Shown here in pieces: positions 47,292-56,605 of a stretch of DNA of 64,000 bases. Every line of letters begins with the position of its first letter. The stretch's first letter is position 1. The notes below the pieces were generated by a model, which had not been told where the DNA came from, did no database searches, and saw only the letters and a list, made by a program, of their open reading frames with translations. Position numbers and translations under genes: made by a program. The stretch comes from a virus. Taxonomy: Duplodnaviria; Caudoviricetes. The DNA is taken from positions 5,191-69,190 of the IMG/VR virus record IMGVR_UViG_649633002_000001. The stretch is one strand, 5' to 3'.

Positions 47292-47894
47292 ATGCGTGAA
47301 ACCGTCTCGGCTATTCGGAAGCTAGTACGCAATTGCCTTTACGGAGTTGCGACTAGCTGCCTTGTCATCTTTTTGATTGTCTACATCACCTCGATACAAG
47401 CCGATGCGGCGAGTAAGACGATCATTGCCTGCGAGCAGGAGCGTGACACAAACAAGGTAAATGTAAACCCGAACACGGGAGGATCGACAGAAGGTTCGAT
47501 CCTTGGACGTATCGAGATCCCACAGCTCAAATTGTCAGTCGCTCTGATGGATAACTATGAAGCCGCCGATTTGCTGAAAGGTGTTGGACACATACCCGGA
47601 ACCGCAATGCCTGGAGGCTTAGGTACTGTCGGAATCGCCGGACATCGAGACACATATTTCCGTTCGCTCCGAGGCATCAAGGTGGGGATGGGAATAGAAC
47701 TTAGCGACGCCACTGGCACTTATCACTACTCGGTTGATTCAACCGAGATCGTGAAACCGAGCCAGATTGAAGTCCTAGATGTACGCCAGCGTCCTGAGCT
47801 GACTCTCATCACCTGCTACCCATTCAACTTTATAGGTGAGGCGCCTCTGAGATTCATCATTCACGCGCATCTGTTATCCGTCATTCCTTCCTAA
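47292..47894 (+). CDS. Class D sortase
   Basis: N-terminal TM; GRIEIP, AGHRDT, LTLITCYPF, R. Confidence 0.93.
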   Translation: MRETVSAIRKLVRNCLYGVATSCLVIFLIVYITSIQADAASKTIIACEQERDTNKVNVNPNTGGSTEGSILGRIEIPQLKLSVALMDNYEAADLLKGVGHIPGTAMPGGLGTVGIAGHRDTYFRSLRGIKVGMGIELSDATGTYHYSVDSTEIVKPSQIEVLDVRQRPELTLITCYPFNFIGEAPLRFIIHAHLLSVIPS

Positions 47895-49050
47895 TCCTGC
47901 AACGCGGCTAACGCGAAAGGCGACCAAGAGTAGGCGCCTAAGCCTGTTGTTTGACCGCGTTACGATTTAACCTTGATGACCTATCCAGCGGAACTCTAGC
48001 TGGATAGGGGCACTCATCCAGGGTTCGTGACTGGAGCCATTGGCTCAGCAGAAGCGGTCTGCTAAGTGAGATGTACAACTCCCCTCCTGCTGGTGGCGGA
48101 GATGGTGGACGGGTTGCTGCCCAAACTGTGCCCTTAGGCATCCGATGTACAAACCTTCTGGCCTGATACTAGATACGTGTCTTCGGATCCGCTCACGCAG
48201 GTAACGGACGCTCAGTTTCTTCAGCTTTACGGGACTTTACTGACGCCTCCCGGCCCGGCATCAAGACCCCACCTCTCGCAAATCTCGCTTTTCATTGCAA
48301 ACGGCTGCTGCGTCGAAGAGTGTCTCAGCCTTGTGGGCAGCCCTCACTCCTTCAGTGAAGGTTTAAAACCTGGCCCGTGACATCCCGACATCGAAGACCC
48401 CTTCAAATCTCTTGGCGGTTCAGGCTCGGACTTGGGTGGGAGCCAAGGCCGGCGTCCCCAATTTGATTCCGTCTCTGGCGGCCGCCTTCAAGAATGAGAG
48501 CTTAGCAACAATAGACCGCGCCGATTTTTCAAACGTAGCGTTTAGGAAAGCAGGGCGGTGTTCGCGTTTGCCCAATACCCCGAGCGCCTCCGCGATGCCG
48601 TGAGGTTGCGCAATCTGGAATTAGATAGTCACTGGTAACCCCTCGGTAGCCGTTCGGGTGTCGGGTAGCCGTCGATTCCCTCTTCGTAGCCGGTGAAAAT
48701 GGACGAAACTGCTACCTTGGCTCGTTCATGCGGTTGCTGGTGGGGCAGCTAGCTTACCTCGCTGCGCCGCCCGCCCCCAGTTCGTGTACCAACGTTCCTA
48801 TCGGGTGAGTGAGAACGTCTGAGGCAATGGTTCCGACTGGCACACCGCGCTTGTAAAGTAAGTAGGCGGCAGCAGTTCCTGACAGAACGGTAGTCCAGAA
48901 AAGTAGCTTTTTCATGATCAGAGTCTCCTCGTTGATGTGAATTGGCTGGTTTGATGCACGATAACGTGGCTTGGTGAATCAGCATAATGGATGCTGTAGT
49001 TCCTTTAGGCCAATCACTCTCCCCGATTGAATTTAGGATTTGAGACAACT

Positions 49051-49383
49051 ATGGACGAGCAACTCAAAAGCTATACGAAGACTTTAGGCGAGCGCATAAA
49101 GGCCGCTCGAAAGCAGCGCGGCATATCAAACAAGAAGTTGATAATCGACTACGGCATCCATGACAGCCAGTGGCGCAGATACGAACGGGGCGGTGGGATT
49201 AGCTTTGCAAGTTTGCTGAGAATCGCTTCGGTCCTCGATATGACGCCGTCAGACCTCCTGCAAGGCATTCCTCTCCCCGATTGGAAAGAACCCACAGTCC
49301 TACGGGAAACGAAGGAGGTGCCCCGTTCGCCACGTCCCTCGGAACTAGCTAAACGGCAGCTGCAGGTGGATAGAGAGACCTAG
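49051..49383 (+). CDS. XRE-family HTH transcriptional regulator
   Basis: LGERIKAARKQRGIS...RYERG..SLLRIASVLDM. Confidence 0.85.
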   Translation: MDEQLKSYTKTLGERIKAARKQRGISNKKLIIDYGIHDSQWRRYERGGGISFASLLRIASVLDMTPSDLLQGIPLPDWKEPTVLRETKEVPRSPRPSELAKRQLQVDRET

Positions 49384-49558
49384 CCCAGGTCATCTGGATA
49401 CCCCCGCCTCTGCTCCGAGGTTGCGCTCTCCAGCACCCGTAGCCGTGAGGGTGGGGTCAGTATCCTTGGGGGTGGGGGGGAGTGCTTTGCGCCGAATGTT
49501 CTTTCCGAAAACGCCGTTTTCAAGGCAGACCGGGAATGAAGTCCGCTAGACTCTTTCC

Positions 49559-50091
49559 ATGAACCGCTCAGACTTACTGGGGAACATCAAGGATTACAAC
49601 GGAAAGGACAACTGGTCCGTAGATTCGGTTCAGAGGCGGTATCGCGAATATTGTGCGACTCTTCATATCGAACAATGCAGTTCGCTCGATCCCTTCAGAG
49701 CGCAACAGGGCGAAGTTCACTGGATTTACCCGATCATGTCTGAGGTTATTCGAGGGATCGAAGCCGGGATGTGGCCTGCATACAGTTGGGAGTCGATTTT
49801 GTTGAAGAAGATGCGCTCTTCCCATTCGGCCCGAAACTCAAATCCAATACAGCCCGAGCGTTGCGCCGATGCCCTCGGGATGAAACGCAGAAGTCTCGCT
49901 TGCGGGCACGTATCTCGACCATGTTGGCGTTGGGCAAAATCCCTCGCGAAATGCGCGAATATGCCAAGCTACTGCGGACGATTGGAGTAGGCGAACACTG
50001 GCCGCGCCTTGAGCGCGACATCCCCCGGGACAATCCCTACGCTATGCGGTTCTACAGGAGCCTCCGCGCTGCGGAAGGATTGCCGGCCTAG
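49559..50091 (+). pseudogene. Hypothetical helical protein split by a frameshift at GGG 49766-49768
   Basis: Adding one G joins ORF 49559 (..GIEAG) to ORF 49771 (DVACIQLG..); TAGACT-N6-ATG start. Confidence 0.55.
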
Positions 50092-50130
50092 CTGGGAGCA
50101 GTGACTAAGCCGTAACGTCCCGCAAAGTCG

Positions 50131-51362
50131 GTCGGTCTCAACCGGTCGATGCAACACCATCTGATAGAAATGATTTCTCTTCGAGGTGGTGTGAATGAGA
50201 GAAGGAAGACGGTTTGGGCTTTCTGCTGAGCATAAGGCTGACATCTGGAGGCGTTGGAAGTTGGGCGAGTCTCTCAAAGAGATTGGTCGAGCCTTCAACA
50301 AGGATCATGGTTCGATTCAGTTCATGCTCTCGAAGCACGGTGGGATCGCACCTGCAGTTCGTGAGCGGTCGCAGCGAGCGCTCACGCTGGTCGAACGAGA
50401 AGAGATCTCGCGAGGTCTTGCCTCCGGTTCGTCGATCCGCGAGATAGCTAAGGGTCTGGAACGTCCAGCATCTACGGTGAGCCGGGAGGTAGTCCGGAAC
50501 GGTGGCCGCTCAGTCTATAGAGCGAGTGAGGCTGATCAGCGGGCCTGGAGATCGGCACTGCGGCCTAAGGCCTGTCGACTTGCCAGGCACAGGAAGCTGC
50601 GCTTGGTCGTGGCCGGTAAACTGATCCGAGACTGGTCGCCGGAGCAAATCTCCGGCTGGTTGAAGAGACGATATCCCAACAACGAGAGCATGCGCGTGTC
50701 CCACGAGACGATCTATCGAAGCTTATTCATCCAGGCTCGCGGAGTGCTGAAAAAGGAGCTGGTGCAGCACCTGCGGTCCAAGCGGCAGATCCGACGATCG
50801 GTGCATGCTAAGGCTGCTGGACAGTCCCGCGGTCAGATCGTCGATGCCATCTCCATCAGCGAACGACCCGCAGAGATTAACGACCGCGCCATCCCTGGTC
50901 ATTGGGAGGGAGACCTGCTCAGCGGGTCCGGCAACAGTCACATCGCAACCCTCGTAGAACGGCATTCCCGCTTCACCATCCTAGTGAAAGTGCCAAGCAA
51001 AGACACAGCGACTGTCGTCGCCGCGCTAAGTCGGCAGGTTCGTAAACTGCCCGCATCTTTGAGGCGTTCGCTGACTTGGGACCGCGGCCTTGAGATGGCA
51101 AAACACAAAAGCTTCACGGTGGCCACGAAGGTGGACGTCTACTTCTGTGATCCGCAAAGCCCATGGCAGCGCGGTACCAACGAGAACACCAACGGGCTTC
51201 TGCGACAGTATTTTCCCAGAAAGACTGACCTATCCGGCTACTCTCAGGCAGACCTCAACAAGGTAGCTCTGCGCCTCAATCAACGCCCAAGGAAAACTTT
51301 GGACTTCGACACTCCGGCTAGTAAACTCCAAGCCAGTGTTGCATCGACCGGTTGAGACCGCC
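50131..51362 (+). mobile_element. IS30-family insertion sequence
   Basis: Perfect 25-bp inverted repeat CGGTCTCAACCGGTCGATGCAACAC at 50133-50157 and 51336-51360. Confidence 0.93.
50195..51355 (+). CDS. tnp: IS30-family transposase
   Basis: WSPEQISG, SHETIY, GHWEGD, TWDRG.E, PWQRGTNENTNGLLRQYFP. Confidence 0.97.
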   Translation: MREGRRFGLSAEHKADIWRRWKLGESLKEIGRAFNKDHGSIQFMLSKHGGIAPAVRERSQRALTLVEREEISRGLASGSSIREIAKGLERPASTVSREVVRNGGRSVYRASEADQRAWRSALRPKACRLARHRKLRLVVAGKLIRDWSPEQISGWLKRRYPNNESMRVSHETIYRSLFIQARGVLKKELVQHLRSKRQIRRSVHAKAAGQSRGQIVDAISISERPAEINDRAIPGHWEGDLLSGSGNSHIATLVERHSRFTILVKVPSKDTATVVAALSRQVRKLPASLRRSLTWDRGLEMAKHKSFTVATKVDVYFCDPQSPWQRGTNENTNGLLRQYFPRKTDLSGYSQADLNKVALRLNQRPRKTLDFDTPASKLQASVASTG

Positions 51363-51442
51363 ATTGTTTTCGGCAATCACGCCGTTTTGGGCCGCTCGCA
51401 CATTTAGAGTTGCCGACAACGTCGTTTTGCGGGAGGTCCGGT

Positions 51443-51949
51443 CTAGACCCCCTGCAAAAGGCGATAAGAGACCTGAATGGATGTGAGGATCTGGATAAGC
51501 AAGACTCCCATTCCCACCAGTGCGATGCGTCTTTGCTGTTGAGAGAAGATCCCCCGTGTAAAGACAATCACTTCATAGGCTGAGCCGAGGACTAACAGCA
51601 CAAACCACTCTGCAAGCACTCCGGCGAAAGGGTCGATCCCAATGTCAAGTGAAGGCCCCACCATCTTTAGTCGAAGCATCCACACGACGTAGGAGAGCCA
51701 GAAAGCTAGATTGCAATAGCCGATAAGAATCAATGCTCTTTTCGGTTGATTCAACCCACCTCGCAACGAGGCGAAGACGATGAGTAGCACCCCAACGAGG
51801 AGAGAAGTATCGGCGAGAAGATGCAATCGTGATGGATACAAGCCTGGAACGCTTCCAAGGATCAACCCTGCGATGAGAACTCTTGCGGAGCTTTTAGGCA
51901 CCCCACGATCATAACGACTCGGAACTGCTCGGATTGATAAAGTGTGCAA
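51443..51949 (-). CDS. Multi-pass membrane protein
   Basis: Four to five hydrophobic segments; start uncertain. Confidence 0.6.
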   Translation of the reverse strand: MHTLSIRAVPSRYDRGVPKSSARVLIAGLILGSVPGLYPSRLHLLADTSLLVGVLLIVFASLRGGLNQPKRALILIGYCNLAFWLSYVVWMLRLKMVGPSLDIGIDPFAGVLAEWFVLLVLGSAYEVIVFTRGIFSQQQRRIALVGMGVLLIQILTSIQVSYRLLQGV

Positions 51950-52040
51950 ACGTTCGAGTCACCCTGAAAGTCGGGTTTTCGGCAACAACGAGATTTTCAC
52001 TGAGCGGCAGCCCCGTCCTGTGCAGAACTTCCACACCATC

Positions 52041-52069
52041 TTCTCCTTTTCTTCGCGTAGACTCTTTTC
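52041..52069 (+). promoter_or_regulatory. Direct-repeat operator (LexA-like) abutting a -10 box, leaderless start
   Basis: TTCTCC-N5-TTCGCG-TAGACT-N6-ATG(52070); same geometry as 33315-33343. Confidence 0.55.
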
Positions 52070-52441
52070 ATGGGTGGGGAGAGAGCATCGACCACGCGGC
52101 AGCGGGAAGCAGGCAAGATTTGTTGTAACTGCAAGGTGCCTCTGCCACCCCCACCCGCCAGAGAACGTTATTGCAGTCGTTGCGGACCCAAGCGACGCAT
52201 CTACATGCACTTCATGTCAACGGCCAAGGGCTGGCATTGCCAATTCCTAGAGGAGGACCTCAAGACCCCACTCCGGCGACGGCTCACCTTTCAAGACCCG
52301 AGCAAGATTGAAGAGATGGCCGAGAAGGGTGGCGCTGTACGCACCTCCGAGGGAACACAAATCATGGAGTATGCGCTGAAGCAAGGGCGGGGGTCGGTGT
52401 GGCTGAACCTGACGGAGGAGCAGTACAGAAAGCTGAAGTGA
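52070..52441 (+). CDS. Zn-ribbon hypothetical protein
   Basis: CCNC..YCSRC; [27 protein letters not shown]. Confidence 0.75.
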   Translation: MGGERASTTRQREAGKICCNCKVPLPPPPARERYCSRCGPKRRIYMHFMSTAKGWHCQFLEEDLKTPLRRRLTFQDPSKIEEMAEKGGAVRTSEGTQIMEYALKQGRGSVWLNLTEEQYRKLK

Positions 52442-52515
52442 TGCGCCGTTGCATTGGGGCCATGACGCATCCAAACATTCATACCGATTTCAAAAGACAA
52501 AGGACGGCTCAACCA

Positions 52516-52785
52516 ATGGCACGACAGACTGGCAAGGTAGCTTGGTTCAATAACGGAAAAGGATTTGGGTTTATAACCCCTGAGACTGGCCCAGACGTAT
52601 TCGTTCACTACAGTGCGATCATGCTCGATGGCTTCAAGACCCTTGACGAGGGTGACACAGTTGATTTCGAGATCGAAACCGGAAGCACTGGCCGTCCCGA
52701 GGCGAGAAAAGTAGTGCGCTTGAATCACGGTGTCCTTAGCGTGCAGGCTAAGGCCGAAAGACTTGAGGCCGGAACGAGCGACTAA
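52516..52785 (+). CDS. csp: Cold-shock domain protein
   Basis: [24 protein letters not shown]; ATG 52516. Confidence 0.93.
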   Translation: MARQTGKVAWFNNGKGFGFITPETGPDVFVHYSAIMLDGFKTLDEGDTVDFEIETGSTGRPEARKVVRLNHGVLSVQAKAERLEAGTSD

Positions 52786-52816
52786 CCTTTTTAGTCTCAT
52801 TCACATCCGACTGCGG

Positions 52817-53131
52817 ATGGCGATCAAAGGACCCACCAAGGATCACGCAGAAATAACAAGATGGGCGAAGACCCATGGGATGGTGCCCGCAAACATTGAA
52901 CCTAATAGGATCGACGCGGAGCCTGCGTGCATGTGCCTTCTACACAAAATGACCGTGGAAGAGACAGCGTTCGCAAAGGAGATGACTTGGGATGAGTTCT
53001 TCGCACGTTTCGACGTCCTTGGCCTTGCCATTGTGTATGACGACTCGACGGTTTTCAATGAGATTCTTCAGATCGACGACGCCAATCCAAGTACCCCGCC
53101 AGCGTACCGCTGGGTGACTTCCCATCATTAG
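52817..53131 (+). CDS. Hypothetical protein
   Basis: TKDHAEITRWA...P, MTWDEFFARFD..LAIVY motif seen in a small conserved family. Confidence 0.7.
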   Translation: MAIKGPTKDHAEITRWAKTHGMVPANIEPNRIDAEPACMCLLHKMTVEETAFAKEMTWDEFFARFDVLGLAIVYDDSTVFNEILQIDDANPSTPPAYRWVTSHH

Positions 53132-53179
53132 GCTCAGCTTCGGATGGTTTACCCGGTCAAACACATGAGGTCAAGATCT

Positions 53180-53473
53180 ATGGATGAGCGGACTATCATC
53201 ACAGCGGAAGCCGAGGCTCAGGACAGCGAGCGAACCGAGACGCAGCAGCGAGATCTACAGTTCCTGACTCAATGGAAGAGCATTGAGGAATATCCAGCTT
53301 GCCCGGTCGGTATCGGAATCCTCCGTCAGATGGCAGAGGTAAGCCCAGGTGCGTACGAGTTGGCTGTGGCGAGGGGTTTTGACCGTCCCGACCATCCCCT
53401 ACTTCAGCGGAACCCTCTGTGGAGGGCGTTCGTAGAACACCGCAACACGTGTGGGGAATGTAACGAGGTATAG
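53180..53473 (+). CDS. Putative Zn-binding small protein (paralogue of 33566-33859)
   Basis: Shares QWKSIEEYPACPVGIGIL, SPGAYELA, DRPDHPLL and CNEV with the paralogue. Confidence 0.8.
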   Translation: MDERTIITAEAEAQDSERTETQQRDLQFLTQWKSIEEYPACPVGIGILRQMAEVSPGAYELAVARGFDRPDHPLLQRNPLWRAFVEHRNTCGECNEV

Positions 53474-53872
53474 GTACAAAAATCGGCCCCGCTTTCACGG
53501 GGCCAGCCTCTGCAAACGGTTTCGGGAGACAAGCTCGTCGTAGCTCGTCAGGTATGGAGATACTATTCACCGTAACAGAGTTGCCCGAGAGAATTCTGGC
53601 GAGGAAGCGCTCCAACAGACGCCTACTGATCCTAAGTTATTAGCAGAAATGGGTTAAAGATCCTTGCATCGATTGGAATTAGATTGTCATGCACCTTGGT
53701 GCGGTAAATGACGGATAGTTTCTCAGCACATCCTTTGGGAGTCGATTTTGTAAGTCTTATGAATGCTGGACTTGCTGAAGACTTTTTGCTCCTGCTATGT
53801 CATGTAACGAACTACGTGTCCTTCCAGTGCTAGGTAATATCCCGCTTATCTAGTTTAAGAGGGAGACTCGAC

Positions 53873-54088
53873 ATGGCGCACTTCAAGGGCGAAGTAAAGT
53901 GGTTCAATAATGCGAAGGGCTTCGGTTTTCTCGGTAGAGAAGGTGAACCTGATGTCTTCTGTCACTACAGTTCCATCCAAACTGACGGCTACAAGTCATT
54001 GAAGGAAGGTGACAAAGTGGAGTACGACGTGATCCTGGGCGACAAGGGTCTTCAAGCCGACCAAGTCGTTCGCGTCGGAGCGGAATAG
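53873..54088 (+). CDS. csp: Cold-shock protein
   Basis: GEVKWFNNAKGFGFL, DVFCHYSSI, GLQADQV; GGGAG RBS. Confidence 0.96.
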   Translation: MAHFKGEVKWFNNAKGFGFLGREGEPDVFCHYSSIQTDGYKSLKEGDKVEYDVILGDKGLQADQVVRVGAE

Positions 54089-54322
54089 TCCTATGGACAC
54101 TTCCACACCCTTTTTTATCATCGCCACAGAGGCACCGGGGCGTGGGAGTCAATTTGCCCGCAATGCTTTCTTACAATCGCCAAGTCTTGCGATGAAGATG
54201 GTCTTCATCAGGGAGAGAGCTGTCACATTTGTCTCTTGCCCCTCCCGCGACATCCAAGGCGCAAGACCCCAAGTGTGCAAACTTGATCAGCTAGTGCAGG
54301 CATTGAGGGCTACTGTGTGCTC

Positions 54323-54571
54323 ATGCCACTGAGCATGTCGGAACTACACGAAGTGCTGACTGAGATCGTGCGTGCGCTGGTGAAGCACCCCAATCAAGTT
54401 GTCATCAAGGTCGAGACATTACCGCGAATCATGTTTGTGATCAGCGTGGCAGATGAAGACCTTGACATGGTGATTGGGAAGCAAGGCAGAACGGCGCACT
54501 CGCTTCGAATGTTCACTCTTGCTGCGGGTCATCAGATGGGGAGCACTGTGTCGCTAACGATAACCAATTGA
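54323..54571 (+). CDS. khpA: KH-domain RNA-binding protein (KhpA-like)
   Basis: IVRALVKHPNQV, DLDMVIGKQGRTAHSLR. Confidence 0.88.
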   Translation: MPLSMSELHEVLTEIVRALVKHPNQVVIKVETLPRIMFVISVADEDLDMVIGKQGRTAHSLRMFTLAAGHQMGSTVSLTITN

Positions 54572-54869
54572 AGCCCCTGAGACAGGCCGGAGCCCAGTCT
54601 CAGGGGACGGATAACGCTCTGCACCGTTGATGAACCCGGAGGTTACACCTCAAAGGTAGGGGAGTCGAGTGGGGTGCCTAAATCCCACTTTTGACGTAGA
54701 CCATAGTATGGCTAACGCCGATTGAGGAATACCATATACTAGCAACTTTATATGTCGCTTAGAGCGCATAGCCAGTAGAATCTCATCACCGCTCGCTTAT
54801 GGGCCTGAAAGACATGATCTCTCCCACGATTTGCAAACCGTGCCTCACGCCTCGTGTCCAGGAGAACAA

Positions 54870-55496
54870 ATGCAAGACAAGAGCTTGTTAGGCAATGCCC
54901 CCGCCTTTGTACCAATTGAGTCCGATCTGCTTGATGGTTTTCTATCGTCATTACCTCAACACCTGCTAGCACCAGGTGAAATGCTTCACCAACAGGATTC
55001 TCTCCCGCCTTTCGTTTTTCTCATCAGACGCGGCATTGTGAAGATGACCTACGCCACCGAAGACGGTGTTGAGTCGATGATTGGATTGCGGTCGGTTGGC
55101 TGGCTTGGCGGAGCCGCACACGTCATCACCGGAACCCTAAGCACAAGCACAGTCCATGCGCTGACGGCGTGCTGCATCACGCGGATAGACGCGGAGCTGT
55201 TTAAGTCTGTCATCCAGACAGATGCTCAACTAGCTCATAAAGTGATGTGCTCTCTTGCAAGAGAATTGGTGACTACCAGGGAGTTGGTGAAACAAGTCAT
55301 GGCCAATTCTGCCCAGAGTCGGCTATTAACCTATCTGAATGAGTCCCGGTCTGAGTCGCAAGGGTGGAAGTGTGCTGATATTAAGTCCGTCTTGAGTCAG
55401 GCAGAGGTTGCACAATTACTAGGGATCACACCTGAACATCTCAGTCGTATAAAACATTCTGAGCCCAAACCGAGACTGCTGAACGGGACTTCCTGA
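54870..55496 (+). CDS. Crp/Fnr-family transcriptional regulator
   Basis: AGGAG RBS; cNMP-binding barrel (FLIRRGIVK) and HTH LSQAEVAQLLGITPEHLSRI. Confidence 0.88.
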   Translation: MQDKSLLGNAPAFVPIESDLLDGFLSSLPQHLLAPGEMLHQQDSLPPFVFLIRRGIVKMTYATEDGVESMIGLRSVGWLGGAAHVITGTLSTSTVHALTACCITRIDAELFKSVIQTDAQLAHKVMCSLARELVTTRELVKQVMANSAQSRLLTYLNESRSESQGWKCADIKSVLSQAEVAQLLGITPEHLSRIKHSEPKPRLLNGTS

Positions 55497-55846
55497 ATGG
55501 CCGAAGCTCCGATCTTCTCAATTGAGCAACGCTGTGACCCGCACTTTCATGAGACCGTTCGAGTCTTACGATATGCCGATGGCATTTGCTGACCCACTGG
55601 TGGGAAACTTCAGGAACAACGGTCCGGAGATGCTGAACAGCGCCAAAGTCAATACGCCGGCCAGCTCTCGTTAATGCATCCAACGGCCATGTTGCCAAAA
55701 GAATTTCGATCTACCCCTTTACGGAAGTGTTCTCCGATTATGGTCTTCGTGTTCGTCGGCGTCTTGGTGGCCCTTTTTATAGCCTTCTTGGTGCTGCGTC
55801 CGAACACGACTAGCAGAGGCACTCGGAGCGTCGTACACGCCCGACA

Positions 55847-56155
55847 TTAGCTCTGAATTTGACAATCATTTGGCTTGTAGAAAACCACGACCCGTTGTCT
55901 CCCGCAAACACTGCATTTGCCAAACCCTCTCATAAACCCCATCGCAGTCGCACGGGCCATGTAATCTAGCTGCCCCAGCACTTCGTACACGGTTACGATC
56001 CTGTCTACATCCAGCGCCTTCCCGATGCAATGAATGCAGAAAGCACGATAGGCCCTGCTCTTCAAAAGGTCAGCGACTCTTTCCATCAGGCCCATCACGT
56101 TTTGGATGCAATTGAAGCATAAAAGGCCAGCCCGTAATGGGCTGGCCTCTGTCAT
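55847..56155 (-). CDS. Small Zn-finger hypothetical protein
   Basis: FCIHCI...CSVCG; true start probably ATG ~56095. Confidence 0.55.
   Translation of the reverse strand: MTEASPLRAGLLCFNCIQNVMGLMERVADLLKSRAYRAFCIHCIGKALDVDRIVTVYEVLGQLDYMARATAMGFMRGFGKCSVCGRQRVVVFYKPNDCQIQS
56121..56150 (-). terminator. Rho-independent terminator
   Basis: Minus strand AGGCCAGCCC-ATTAC-GGGCTGGCCT followed by TTT. Confidence 0.6.
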
Positions 56156-56605
56156 CGCGGTTCTAGGTTGTGGTGGGGTGAATTATGATGGACTCTTTGT
56201 GCTCCACCGAAGACCCTGCGGGTAGAGGGTCAGGTATACCGATCAGCACTTGCCGTGCCTGAACTGCCGTACTGATGTTCCCTGCCAAGATGTGAAGCGA
56301 TGAATGCCCAGCATAGCCGACTCAATCGGACGGTGCCGGTCCAGGTATACCGCCTTTGACAGCGCTGAATACCCAATGAGCGCCTACGATGAGCTTGGGC
56401 CTGACCCGTGAAAGATAACGTAACACAAGGCGATACAGGTCGGAAGGACAACGATGGAGAGCGTCTACTCATTGAGGGTGATGGTGTCAATCATAGGTGA
56501 CCCTTGTTGTGCAGACAGAAAGCCTCATCGAAATGAGGCGTGTTCTGGAGAATGACAGGAAGATCCAGTCGTTAGGACAAGCTGAGTCTGAACACGTTCC
56601 TTCAC

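Noticed and set aside
55689-55850. Possible small single-pass membrane peptide (..MVFVFVGVLVALFIAFLVLR..)
   Set aside because: Hydrophobic stretch is real, but no clear RBS or promoter and the start is ambiguous; insufficient support
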